A stretch of 32,000 bases of DNA from Longivirga aurantiaca (GCF_042660085.1 NZ_JBHSTI010000008.1:1149876-1181875); one strand, 5' to 3'. Counted from the stretch's first letter, positions 10,702 to 18,602 are shown. Notes: a model not told the origin generated them from the sequence alone. Translations and numbers: made by a program.

Positions 10702-11049
10702 TCAGTCGACCCGGGGCGGGGCGCCGGTGTCGGAGGCGAGCTCGCCCCCGGCCGCCTGCCACGCACGCAGCCCACCGTGCAGCACGCGTGCGTCGACGCC
10801 CGCCGCCCGCAGGTGCACCACGGCCTGCTCCGCGCGACGCCCGGAGCGGCTGGCGACGATGACCGGCCGCTGCCGCGGCATCACGGCGATCGCCGGCCCG
10901 AGCTCGTCCATGGGCACGTGGACGGAGTGGGGCGAGTGGCCGTGCGACCACTCGCGGGCGTCGCGGACGTCGATCAGCATCCCGTCTCCGGCGATCAGCC
11001 GCATCGCATCGTCGGGCTCGATCGAGGGCATCCGATCGTCGTGTGCCAT
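10702..11049 (-). CDS. Rhodanese-homology domain protein with no cysteine (active-site Cys position is Ser)
   Basis: I take the ATG at 11049, preceded by GGAGGTGCGCG. The rhodanese pattern is LIDVRDAREWSHGH...VIVASRSGRRAEQAV...GGLRAWQAAG. The usual CRSGxRS loop reads SRSGRRA here. Confidence 0.85.
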   Translation of the reverse strand: MAHDDRMPSIEPDDAMRLIAGDGMLIDVRDAREWSHGHSPHSVHVPMDELGPAIAVMPRQRPVIVASRSGRRAEQAVVHLRAAGVDARVLHGGLRAWQAAGGELASDTGAPPRVD

Positions 11050-11380
11050 CGCGCACCTCCCGCGTGGGGACCAGGTGCGGCGCGGGTTCGGCGCGACGTC
11101 ATTGCACGGCTCACACTCGACGCCCGGCCGCACTCACACCGTAGGCGCGTGGCGCCCGATGTCGCCAGGCGAAGGCGCCGGAATCGTCCTCGGCGCCTCC
11201 TCGACCGGCGGCAGGTCGCCCGCGATGGCACGGGGGGAGTGGCCCTCCCGGGTGGTTCGTGATCGCGGTGCGCGGCCGGGGTCCGCTCGGAGGGCATCGG
11301 TCCGAGCGCTGCGTAGACTGGAGATGGCCGCCGGGGCGGCGCACCCCGTGCCGTTCGAGTCGGCCGTGGAGGTGAGTGCC

Positions 11381-11914
11381 GTGACAGACATGCGGCACGA
11401 GGAGATCACCGTTCACGAGGCGCCTCCGCGTCAGCGGTCGGCGCTCGTCTGGTGGCTGGCCGGCGGCCTGGTCGTCGCGCTCGCCGCCCTGATCGGTCTG
11501 GGCGTGTGGGGGTACTCGACGTACGCGATGACGGCGCAGGAGCAGGCAGCCGTCGCCGTCGTCCAGGACCACATCGACGCCACCAACGCCGCGGATCTCG
11601 CCGCGCTCGACGCGACGATGACCAGCGACATGCTGTGGACGGCCTACGCGAACGGCGAGGTCGCGGCCGGGCCGCTCAAGGGGCAGGAGTACATCGACTT
11701 CGTGAAGAGCACGGTGCCGACCTTCGTGATGACCCAGCTCGGCCCGATGACGGTCTCGAGCGACGACTTCACGAAGATCACCGCCGTCTCGGTCCCCATG
11801 CACGTCACCATCTCGAACATCGGCGCGGATGAGACGGGAACATCCGTCTTCTACGTCCACGTCGTGGACGGCACCCCGCAGATCACCCAGATGGTCTGGC
11901 TGACCCTGTCGTAG
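11381..11914 (+). CDS. Membrane-anchored NTF2/SnoaL-like protein
   Basis: High-GC3 coding is confined to the 3' third of the 395-aa ORF. I chose the GTG at 11381, which is 8 nt after GGAGG (11368-11372). The ATGs at 11390 and 11324 are alternatives. There is one TM segment (ALVWWLAGGLVVALAALIGLGVW) followed by an NTF2-like fold signature (AVAVVQDHIDATNAADLAALDATMTSDMLW). Confidence 0.65.
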   Translation: MTDMRHEEITVHEAPPRQRSALVWWLAGGLVVALAALIGLGVWGYSTYAMTAQEQAAVAVVQDHIDATNAADLAALDATMTSDMLWTAYANGEVAAGPLKGQEYIDFVKSTVPTFVMTQLGPMTVSSDDFTKITAVSVPMHVTISNIGADETGTSVFYVHVVDGTPQITQMVWLTLS

Positions 11915-11930
11915 TGCCTCGACCGTCCCT

Positions 11931-11961
11931 GGTGCCCGGTCGCGCTCGGCGACCGGGCACC
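11931..11961 (+). terminator. Perfect 13-bp GC stem-loop
   Basis: ggtgcccggtcgc (11931-11943) is the reverse complement of gcgaccgggcacc (11949-11961), with a 5-nt loop. It starts 17 nt after the stop at 11914. Confidence 0.5.
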
Positions 11962-12056
11962 AAGGACGCGGTGACACGTGAGTGGCGGGACGGGCGTGCG
12001 GCGATGGCGGCACGGCGGCCCGGTACCGTTCCGGCATCCGTCCGGAAGAGGTCTCC

Positions 12057-13427
12057 GTGTCCGTCGATCAACGCCTGGCCGAGTTGTCGGCCGCCCTGCC
12101 CGGCGACGTCGTCGTCACCGACGCCGAGCGCACCGACAAGTACCGCTGGGACCGCGCGAACGACCCGCGGGCCGGTGTGCCGCTGGCTGTCGTTCGAGCG
12201 GAGTCGACCGAGCACGTGCAGACCGCGGTGCGGTGGGCGGCGAAGCACGGCGTGGCCGTCGTACCGCGTGGTGCCGGCACCGGCCTCTCGGGTGGTGCGA
12301 GCGCCATCGACGGGTGCCTCGTGATCTCGACCGAGCGGATGCGGGCGGTGGAGATCGACCCGCTCACGCGCATCGCGTACGTCGAGCCCGGGCTGCTGAA
12401 CGCCGAGCTCAAGGCCGAGGCCGCACGGCACGGGCTCTGGTATCCGCCGGACCCGTCGTCGTACGAGATCTGCTCCATCGGCGGCAACATCGCGACGAAC
12501 GCCGGCGGCCTGTGCTGCGTGAAGTACGGCGTGACCACCGACTACGTGCTCGGCCTCACCGTGGTGCTCGCGGACGGTACGGCGGTGGAGCTCGGCGGGC
12601 CGCGGCTCAAGGACGTGGCCGGCCTGCCGCTGACGAAGCTGTTCGTCGGGAGCGAGGGCACGCTCGGGATCGTCACGCGCATCGTGCTGCGGCTGGTGCC
12701 GGCGCAGCGCACGCCGTCGACCCTGGTGGCGACGTTCGCCTCGCTCGACGACGCGACCGCCGCGGTGCTCGCGATCTCGAGCCGGATGCGGCCGTCGATG
12801 CTGGAGTTCATGGACCGCGCGTCGATCAACGCGGTCGAGGACATGACGCGGATGGGCCTCGACCGGTCGGCCGAGGCGCTGCTCGTGGTGCAGTCGGACG
12901 AGCCGGCGTCATACGCCGCTGCGGAGATCGCCGAGGTCGGTGCGCTGTGCGACGCCCACGGCGCGACCGAGTGGTTCTCGACCGACGACCCGGACGAGGG
13001 CGAGCAGTTCGTGGTCGCCCGCCGCTCGGCGATCCCGGCTCTCGAGCTGAAGGGCGCGCTGCTGCTCGAGGACGTCGGCGTGCCGCTGCCGCGGCTGGGC
13101 GAGCTCGTGCGCGGGATCGAGGCGATCAGTGCCGACCACGAGGTGCTGGTCGCGGTGGTGGCGCACGCCGGTGACGGCAACACGCACCCGCTCGTGGTGT
13201 TCGACCCCGCGGACGCCGCTGCCACTGCTCGGGCGCAGACGGCGTACGACGCGATCATGCGGCTCGCGATCTCGCTCGACGGCACGATCACGGGCGAGCA
13301 CGGCGTGGGGCGGATGAAGCAGCCGTGGCTGCGCGACTACCTCGGCGCCGACGTGCACGCGCTCAACCGGCGCATCAAGGACGCGCTCGACCCCCAGGGC
13401 ATCCTCAACCCCGGCGCGGGCATCTGA
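12057..13427 (+). CDS. FAD-linked oxidase (GlcD / D-lactate dehydrogenase family)
   Basis: I chose the GTG at 12057, after ggaagagg. It has an FAD_binding_4 pattern (AVVPRGAGTGLSGGA...GGNIATNAGG) and a C-terminal FAD-oxidase domain (GTITGEHGVGRMK...DPQGILNPG). Confidence 0.9.
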   Translation: MSVDQRLAELSAALPGDVVVTDAERTDKYRWDRANDPRAGVPLAVVRAESTEHVQTAVRWAAKHGVAVVPRGAGTGLSGGASAIDGCLVISTERMRAVEIDPLTRIAYVEPGLLNAELKAEAARHGLWYPPDPSSYEICSIGGNIATNAGGLCCVKYGVTTDYVLGLTVVLADGTAVELGGPRLKDVAGLPLTKLFVGSEGTLGIVTRIVLRLVPAQRTPSTLVATFASLDDATAAVLAISSRMRPSMLEFMDRASINAVEDMTRMGLDRSAEALLVVQSDEPASYAAAEIAEVGALCDAHGATEWFSTDDPDEGEQFVVARRSAIPALELKGALLLEDVGVPLPRLGELVRGIEAISADHEVLVAVVAHAGDGNTHPLVVFDPADAAATARAQTAYDAIMRLAISLDGTITGEHGVGRMKQPWLRDYLGADVHALNRRIKDALDPQGILNPGAGI

Positions 13428-13438
13428 CGGTCGGCGCC

Positions 13439-13550
13439 CTAGCCGGGTGGCGATTCCGTCGCAGAGCGCACGCTGGCTACCCGGGTAAGCCGAGGACGCG
13501 GTAGGTGAGTGGTGAATCCGTCGCAGAGCGCACGCTGGCTACCCGGGTAA
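13439..13550 (+). repeat. Array A of the 62-bp-period interspersed repeat (2 units)
   Basis: The cores are 13439-13488 (ctagccgggtggcgattccgtcgcagagcgcacgctggctacccgggtaa) and 13501-13550 (gtaggtgagtggtgaatccgtcgcagagcgcacgctggctacccgggtaa). The array lies between the convergent stops at 13427 and 13567. Confidence 0.9.
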
Positions 13551-13566
13551 CGCGGCGGCGGGATCG

Positions 13567-14430
13567 CTAGGGCGTGGCCCAGGTGTCGAGCCAGGTCTCG
13601 ATGGGCTCCTGGACGACGCCGACGGCGATCACGCTCATGTGGTCCTCGCCCGCGAGCACGTCGAGCTCGACCGGGATGCCGGCATCCTCCAGCGCGCTGG
13701 CGAACGACCGCGACTGCGACAGCGGCACGACGTCGTCGCCGTCGCCGTGGATCAGCAGCACCTGCACCGTCGACGGCGCGGCACCGGTCTGCACGTAGTG
13801 GATCGGGTCGCCCGACTCCCAGAGCGCCACGTCGTCGGCGCGCGGCGTGCCGAACCAGTCGGCCATCATCGGCTGGAACGTCTGGGTGTCGTAGATCCCC
13901 GCGAGCCCCACCACGCCGGCGATCTCCGGGATCGGGTCGGCGCACGGGCGGGCGAGCGTCGTACCCGACACGGCCGCGAGCGCCGCGAGATGCCCGCCGG
14001 CCGAGTGGCCGACGAGCACGACCGGCCCCGGCTTGGGCTCGGACCTCGAGGCGAGCGCTGCGGCGTACGCCGTGGAGCAGAGGACGTCCTGCAGCGACGC
14101 CGGGAAGCCGATGCCCTCGTTGCCCGCGCGGTACTCCGTGGTCGCGACGAGGTAGCCGGCGTCGGACAGGCCCGTCGCGAGCGGCATGAACCCGGTGCTG
14201 TCGTGGCTCTGCCAGCCGCCACCCGGCACCAGCACGATGAGCGGCACCGTCGGTCGCGCGGGGACGGCGACGGGGGAGTAGAGCGTGGTGGTGAGCGAAG
14301 GGTCGAACGTCGACGGCGACGGGCTCGGCGGCGGTGGCGTCGTCTCGAGCGGCCCGGTCGACGACTGGCTGCAACCGGTCAGCAGCAGCGCGAGCGCGGC
14401 CCCGGCGATCCAGCGCGTGCGCATCCCCAT
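13567..14430 (-). CDS. Alpha/beta hydrolase lipoprotein (esterase/lipase family)
   Basis: The signal peptide carries a lipobox (ALALLLTGCSQ). The nucleophile elbow is GHSAGG, and LIHGDGDDVVP has the C-terminal Asp/His region downstream of it. Confidence 0.85.
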   Translation of the reverse strand: MGMRTRWIAGAALALLLTGCSQSSTGPLETTPPPPSPSPSTFDPSLTTTLYSPVAVPARPTVPLIVLVPGGGWQSHDSTGFMPLATGLSDAGYLVATTEYRAGNEGIGFPASLQDVLCSTAYAAALASRSEPKPGPVVLVGHSAGGHLAALAAVSGTTLARPCADPIPEIAGVVGLAGIYDTQTFQPMMADWFGTPRADDVALWESGDPIHYVQTGAAPSTVQVLLIHGDGDDVVPLSQSRSFASALEDAGIPVELDVLAGEDHMSVIAVGVVQEPIETWLDTWATP

Positions 14431-14636
14431 GCCCGCATCCTCGCGCAGGACCGCCGGAGGTCGCAGGCGCGCCGCCGCGGCGACCCAGCGAGGTCGTCCG
14501 GACGCACCGCGTCACCAGCGCCCGGGCGGCGGCGTCTGGGCGCGACTCAGCCGCGCGAGAGCGCTAGGAAGGGAGTAGTTACGCGGCGCTGTCGGGGTGT
14601 CGGCCTCCGCGCCGTGAGCGCGAGGAGGCGAGTCCG

Positions 14637-15092
14637 GTGTCGTACGTGGTCACGGTCGAACGGGTCGAGGAGCAGCCAGCTGCGGTGGTGCACGGCCGGG
14701 TGGACGTCGACGACCTCCCGGAGTTCCTCGGGCGCGCGTTCGGAGACGTCCTGCGCACCCTGGCGACCCAGCACCTGCATCCGGTCGGCCCGCCGTTCGG
14801 CCGCTACCAGGTCGATGGCGACGTGTTCGAGGTCGAGGCGGGGTTCCCGTGCGACGGGGTCCCGACCCCGGTCGGCGACGTCGAGCCCTGCACGCTGCCG
14901 GGAGGCGAGGTCGCCACGACGCTGCACACCGGCGACTACCAACGGATCGGGGCGGCCTACCAGGCCGTCGCCGAGTGGATGGGCGAGCACCACTGGCAGA
15001 TCGCCGCAGCACCCTGGGAGTCGTACGTCGACGACCCGACGGTCCTCGAGCCGCGCACGATCGTGCGCTTCCCGGCTCGGCGGGCCAGCTAG
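14637..15092 (+). CDS. GyrI-like small-molecule-binding domain protein
   Basis: The GTG start lies 8 nt after GAGGAGG. The 151-aa pattern (VERVEEQPAAVVHGRV...EVEAGFP...LPGGEVATTLHTGDYQRIGAAYQAVAEWMGEH) is typical of GyrI-like/AraC-effector-binding folds. Confidence 0.8.
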   Translation: MSYVVTVERVEEQPAAVVHGRVDVDDLPEFLGRAFGDVLRTLATQHLHPVGPPFGRYQVDGDVFEVEAGFPCDGVPTPVGDVEPCTLPGGEVATTLHTGDYQRIGAAYQAVAEWMGEHHWQIAAAPWESYVDDPTVLEPRTIVRFPARRAS

Positions 15093-15114
15093 CGGCCGTG
15101 GAACGGAGGGCGTG

Positions 15115-16002
15115 ATGGACGCGAGGCAGCTCGAGAGGATGCGGGACGGCGCCGGCTTCATCGCCGCGCTGGACCAGAGCGGCGGGAGCACCCCGCGAGC
15201 ACTGGCGCTCTACGGCCTCGACCAGACGACGTACAGGACCAGCATCGAGATGCTGGCGCTCGCGCACAGGATGCGCACGCGCATCGTCACCAGCCCGGCC
15301 TTCACCGGCGAGCGGATCATCGGGTCGATCCTCTTCGGCGACACGATGGAGAGGCACGTGGAAGGCATGGGCACCGCCGAGTACCTGTGGCACGTCAAGG
15401 AGATCGTGCCCTTCCTCAAGGTCGACCACGGCCTCGAGCCTGAGGAGCACGGGGTGCGTCTGATGCGCAGGATCCCCGATCTGGACCGCGCCCTCGACAA
15501 GGCCCTGGGACACGGGGTGTTCGGCACCAAGATGCGCTCGGTCGTCGTCAGCGCCGATCGCCCGGGCATCGAGGCAGTCGTCCGTCAGCAGTTCGAGTTC
15601 GCCCGCCGGATCCTCGACGCCGGGCTCGTCCCGATCATCGAGCCCGAGGTCGACATCCGCAGCCTGCAGAAGGAGGCGGCGGAGGACCTGCTGCGCGAGT
15701 ACCTCCTGCACGCCCTCGACATGCTCGGGGACGACGACCGCGTGATGCTCAAGCTGACGCTGCCCGAGGTGGACGACTACCACGCGCCGCTCGTGGCGCA
15801 CCCGAACGTCCTGCGCGTCGTGGCCCTGTCGGGCGGCTACAGCCGTGCGGAGGCGGTGGAGAGGCTCGACCTGCAGCACGGGGTGATCGCGAGCTTCTCG
15901 CGGGCGCTCACCGAAGGCCTGCGCGTCGAGCAGACCAAGGCCGAGTTCGACGCCGCGCTGCACGAGTCGGTCGAGAGCATCTACCGCGCGTCGTTGACCT
16001 GA
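15115..16002 (+). CDS. fda: Class I fructose-bisphosphate aldolase
   Basis: It is near-colinear with my recollection of the Gram-positive class I Fda proteins. Shared segments include GFIAALDQSGGSTPRAL, FGTKMRS, PIIEPEV, the Schiff-base context VMLKLTLP, VVALSGGYSR and ASFSRAL. The ATG at 15115 follows GGAGGG. This is the 3' part of the long 787-aa ORF. Confidence 0.92.
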   Translation: MDARQLERMRDGAGFIAALDQSGGSTPRALALYGLDQTTYRTSIEMLALAHRMRTRIVTSPAFTGERIIGSILFGDTMERHVEGMGTAEYLWHVKEIVPFLKVDHGLEPEEHGVRLMRRIPDLDRALDKALGHGVFGTKMRSVVVSADRPGIEAVVRQQFEFARRILDAGLVPIIEPEVDIRSLQKEAAEDLLREYLLHALDMLGDDDRVMLKLTLPEVDDYHAPLVAHPNVLRVVALSGGYSRAEAVERLDLQHGVIASFSRALTEGLRVEQTKAEFDAALHESVESIYRASLT

Positions 16003-16799
16003 GGCGTCCTGGTGTCGTGGACGTCGTACGCGAGGGACCGGAGCGTGAACTCGCCGTACGCGAACGGGCCGTCCGGGCGCTCGTAGAGCGCTGATCCCTG
16101 GGTGGCGACGCGTACGCCGTCGGCCATCGGGCGGTAGCCGGCGAGCGGCGTGCGCCACCGCATCGGCACGAACGTGCCCGTGCTGCTGTCGGGGCGGTCG
16201 TCGGACCAGAAGTCGGCGAGCAGGCCGTCGTCGCCGAAGACGAGGGTGGCGGCGACGGTGTGCGGGCCGTTGGTGAAGGTGACGCGCGCGCTGCGGTCGT
16301 CGACGGCGTCCCACGCGAGACGCGGGTCGACCAGCGCGCCCGGTGCCAGCACGCACATGTCGTTGAGCACCGTGACGGTCTCGGCGCGGCTGATCTCGGA
16401 GCCGGACAGGTCGACCATGTCGACGAGCGAGGCGACGCGCACGCGGAAGGTCGCGTGCTCCTCGCGGTAGAGGTGCAGCGCGCGCACCGGCAGCCCGAAC
16501 ATCCTGGCGTCCATGAGGAAGAGGCGCGTCGGACGGTCGAAGAGGTTGTACTGCACCGACGTCGACCGCATCGGCCTCGCGCCTGGCGCACGCCGCATCG
16601 CGGCGTCGAACTCGACGCGCATGCTCTGCGGCGCAGGGCGTCCGAGCGCACCTGTCTCGCGGAGGTAGCGGCGTACGGGGTCGGGGAGGGGCGCGATCGC
16701 CTCCTCGTCGAGCGGCGGTCCGATGGTGGGCTCGAGGGTGTCGAGCTCGTGCGCGACGGCGGCGTCGAACTGCTGCCGGAGGTCGATCCGGATGGTCAT
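15981..16799 (-). CDS. Conserved hypothetical protein (DUF6544-like by recollection)
   Basis: I take the ATG at 16799, preceded by GGAGGTGCGCG; it forms a 4-nt ATGA overlap with the upstream membrane-protein stop. GC3 is high. The family assignment is from memory of the PDPVRRYL ... W(R/K)TP pattern. Confidence 0.7.
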   Translation of the reverse strand: MTIRIDLRQQFDAAVAHELDTLEPTIGPPLDEEAIAPLPDPVRRYLRETGALGRPAPQSMRVEFDAAMRRAPGARPMRSTSVQYNLFDRPTRLFLMDARMFGLPVRALHLYREEHATFRVRVASLVDMVDLSGSEISRAETVTVLNDMCVLAPGALVDPRLAWDAVDDRSARVTFTNGPHTVAATLVFGDDGLLADFWSDDRPDSSTGTFVPMRWRTPLAGYRPMADGVRVATQGSALYERPDGPFAYGEFTLRSLAYDVHDTRTPQVNDAR

Positions 16800-17188
16800 C
16801 GCGCACCTCCGACCAGCGTGTGCGAGCGGTGCGACAGCGCGAGCGCGCCGAGGCCCAGGAGGATGACGACGTCGATCACAGCGCCGGCGGCTGCGGCGGG
16901 CAGCGCGAGCAGGCACGCGACGAGCGAGAGAGCGGCGAGGGCGGCCGTGAGCGGCAGGGCCCATGCGGAACGGCGTACGACGCCGACACCCGCCACCACG
17001 AAGCCCACGGCGAGGGCGAGCCATACGGCTCCGACCACGCGCATCCCGGTGGCGCCGAGGTCTGCACCGAGGAGATCGGTGCGGTAGGGGAAGCCGTCGA
17101 GCGTGGCGAGCTGCCACGGGACGACGAACCCGATGAGGTGGATGAGGCCGTGCGCTGCAAGGGCTGCACCGGCCAGGACGCGCATCAT
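16796..17188 (-). CDS. Small integral membrane protein (4 predicted TM segments)
   Basis: 130-aa hydrophobic ORF (HGLIHLIGFVVPW...). The RBS GGAAG lies 7 nt upstream, and the gene starts 13 nt downstream of the marR stop. Confidence 0.65.
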   Translation of the reverse strand: MMRVLAGAALAAHGLIHLIGFVVPWQLATLDGFPYRTDLLGADLGATGMRVVGAVWLALAVGFVVAGVGVVRRSAWALPLTAALAALSLVACLLALPAAAAGAVIDVVILLGLGALALSHRSHTLVGGAR

Positions 17189-17201
17189 GACGTGCTTCCT
17201 T

Positions 17202-17681
17202 TCATCGGTCGTGCGTCGCGCCGGGGTGCTCGGGGGCGAGAGCCGCGAGCCAGGCGCGGGTGAGGTCGCGCAGTGCGAGGACGTCGCCCCGCGGTACGCC
17301 GTCGAACGCCGTCCCGAGCAGGGCGCGCGACCGCGCGACGCCCTCGGGCGAGTCGAACCGGCGTACCTGCTCGGTGACGGTGATCCGGGTGGTCCGCGCG
17401 TCGGCGGGGTCGGTCTCGAGCCGCACCCAGCCGCGCTCCTGGAGGCCGAGGGCGATCTGCTTCACGTTCTGCCGCGAGCTGCCGTAGCGCTCGGCCGCCT
17501 CGCTGAGCGACGGGGAGCGGTCGGGGAACGCCGAGGTGAGGACGGCGAGCAGCAGCCACTGCCGGGTGGTGAGACCCCAGTCGTCGAGCGCGGCGTCGGC
17601 GCGGCGGGTGAGGTGCTGGGCCAGGACGAACAGGGTGCCGAACGCCTCGGCCTGCGCCTGCTCCAGCTCGATGTCGGCCAT
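17202..17681 (-). CDS. MarR family transcriptional regulator
   Basis: 159 aa with a winged-HTH core (LTTRQWLLLAVL...PSLSEAAERYGSSRQNVKQIALGLQERGWVRLETDPADARTTRITVT). Confidence 0.9.
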   Translation of the reverse strand: MADIELEQAQAEAFGTLFVLAQHLTRRADAALDDWGLTTRQWLLLAVLTSAFPDRSPSLSEAAERYGSSRQNVKQIALGLQERGWVRLETDPADARTTRITVTEQVRRFDSPEGVARSRALLGTAFDGVPRGDVLALRDLTRAWLAALAPEHPGATHDR

Positions 17682-17682
17682 G

Positions 17683-17700
17683 TGCGTAATATATTACGCA
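17683..17700. promoter_or_regulatory. Perfect 18-bp AT-rich palindrome: candidate MarR operator overlapping -10-like hexamers
   Basis: TGCGTAATATATTACGCA is its own reverse complement. It abuts the marR ATG (17681) and is the most AT-rich spot in the window. It contains TAATAT and TATATT (TANNNT) on both strands. Confidence 0.6.
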
Positions 17701-17856
17701 TATGGCCCGGCGGGAAGGGGGCGGCGGCGTGAGCCGCGTCTCGTCGGGCCTCGCCCAGGTCGCGGGAGCGCCGACCACGGGCGAGGATGCAGGCACGGCC
17801 GCGTCGCGGCCCGCCGGGTGCCCGGACCTGGACTCGACGACCTTCGCAGGAGAGTC

Positions 17857-18432
17857 ATGCGCGCCCGACTTCCTCTCGCCGCCACGGCCCTCGCCCTCGC
17901 TGCCGTGCTCAGCGGCTGCAGCAGCCACTCGTCCGACATGGCCGGCGGCACGGCCGCGATCGTGGCGGGTCAGCAGGGCGACATCGCCTTCGCCCAGCTG
18001 ATGATCCCGCACCACGAGCAGGCCGTGGAGATGGCCGACCTCGCCCTCGAGCGCGAGACCTCGCCGGAGGTGAAGGCCCTCGCCGAGCAGATCAAGGGTG
18101 CGCAGGACCCCGAGATCGAGCAGATGACCGCGTGGCTCGCCGCATGGGGCGCGCCCACGCAGATGCCCGGCGTCGAGCACAGCGGCGACCACGCGGGGAT
18201 GCCCGGGATGATGAGCGACGACGACATGTCCGCGCTGGCCGATGCACAGGGTGCGGCGTTCGACGAGAAGTGGCTGACGCTCATGATCGCCCACCACGAG
18301 GGCGCCCTCACGATGGCGCAGCAGGTGCTCGGCACGACCACCGATGCCGAGGTGCGCACGCTCGCGGAGGCGGTCGTCGCCGGCCAGAAGGCCGAGATCA
18401 CCGAGATGACGGCGCTGCTCGCCCGCGCGTAG
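17857..18432 (+). CDS. DUF305 family lipoprotein (four-helix-bundle, metal/copper-associated family)
   Basis: I take the ATG at 17857, after AGGAGAG. It has a lipobox (ALAAVLSGCSS) and a duplicated DUF305 signature (FAQLMIPHHEQAVEMA and WLTLMIAHHEGALTMA). Confidence 0.88.
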   Translation: MRARLPLAATALALAAVLSGCSSHSSDMAGGTAAIVAGQQGDIAFAQLMIPHHEQAVEMADLALERETSPEVKALAEQIKGAQDPEIEQMTAWLAAWGAPTQMPGVEHSGDHAGMPGMMSDDDMSALADAQGAAFDEKWLTLMIAHHEGALTMAQQVLGTTTDAEVRTLAEAVVAGQKAEITEMTALLARA

Positions 18433-18602
18433 CTGAGTGGCGAATCCGTCGTAGAGCGCACCCTCGTTACCCGGGTACATCGGCGACGGCGTAGCTGAGT
18501 GGCGACTCCGTCGTAGAGCGCACCCTCGTTACCCGGGTACATCGGCGACGGCGTAGCTGAGTGGCGACTCCGTCGTAGAGCGCACCCTCGTTACTCGGGT
18601 AG
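18429..18602 (+). repeat. Array B of the 62-bp-period interspersed repeat (3 units)
   Basis: The cores start at 18429, 18491 and 18553 (gtagctgagtggcgaMtccgtcgtagagcgcaccctcgttacccgggta) and are separated by the linker (c)atcggcgacggc. The third unit has ttactcgggta. The TAG stop of the DUF305 gene (18430-18432) lies inside unit 1. Confidence 0.92.

Noticed and set aside
11047-11060. An identical 14-mer, catcgcgcacctcc (GGAGGTGCGCGATG on the - strand), occurs at the starts of the rhodanese gene and the DUF6544-like gene (16797-16810). It could be a shared regulatory motif.
   Set aside because: It is simply an RBS, a 6-nt GC spacer and an ATG. The flanks diverge immediately, and the second copy lies inside the upstream coding sequence. 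Chance identity in a high-GC genome is the likeliest explanation.
10727-11380. The N-terminal 218 codons of the 395-aa + ORF could be a long extension of the NTF2-like protein.
   Set aside because: This part lies antisense to the rhodanese gene and the intergenic region, and it translates to Ser/Arg/Ala-rich low-complexity sequence. A GGAGG RBS precedes the internal GTG at 11381.
14650-16806. A 718-aa - strand ORF spans the GyrI-like, aldolase and DUF6544-like region.
   Set aside because: It is an Arg/Pro/Ala-rich shadow ORF. The same DNA encodes well-recognised proteins in other frames.
18429-18478. The repeat core resembles the 5' half of a tRNA. GTAGCTGAGTGG and GTAGAGCGCACCC recall the D-arm, and ACCCT-CGTTACC-CGGGT could mimic an anticodon arm.
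   Set aside because: A 10-nt insertion splits the would-be D-arm. There is no acceptor stem, T-arm or GTTCGA box. The loop lacks U33 and a purine at position 37. Copies at other loci lose the anticodon-stem pairing. At most the repeat is tRNA-derived; it is not a tRNA gene.
18429-18602. The regularly spaced direct repeats could be a CRISPR array.
   Set aside because: The spacers are only 12 nt and are themselves conserved within the array (atcggcgacggc). The arrays have only 2-3 units. The same unit recurs at other loci with similar linkers. No cas genes or leader sequence are present.
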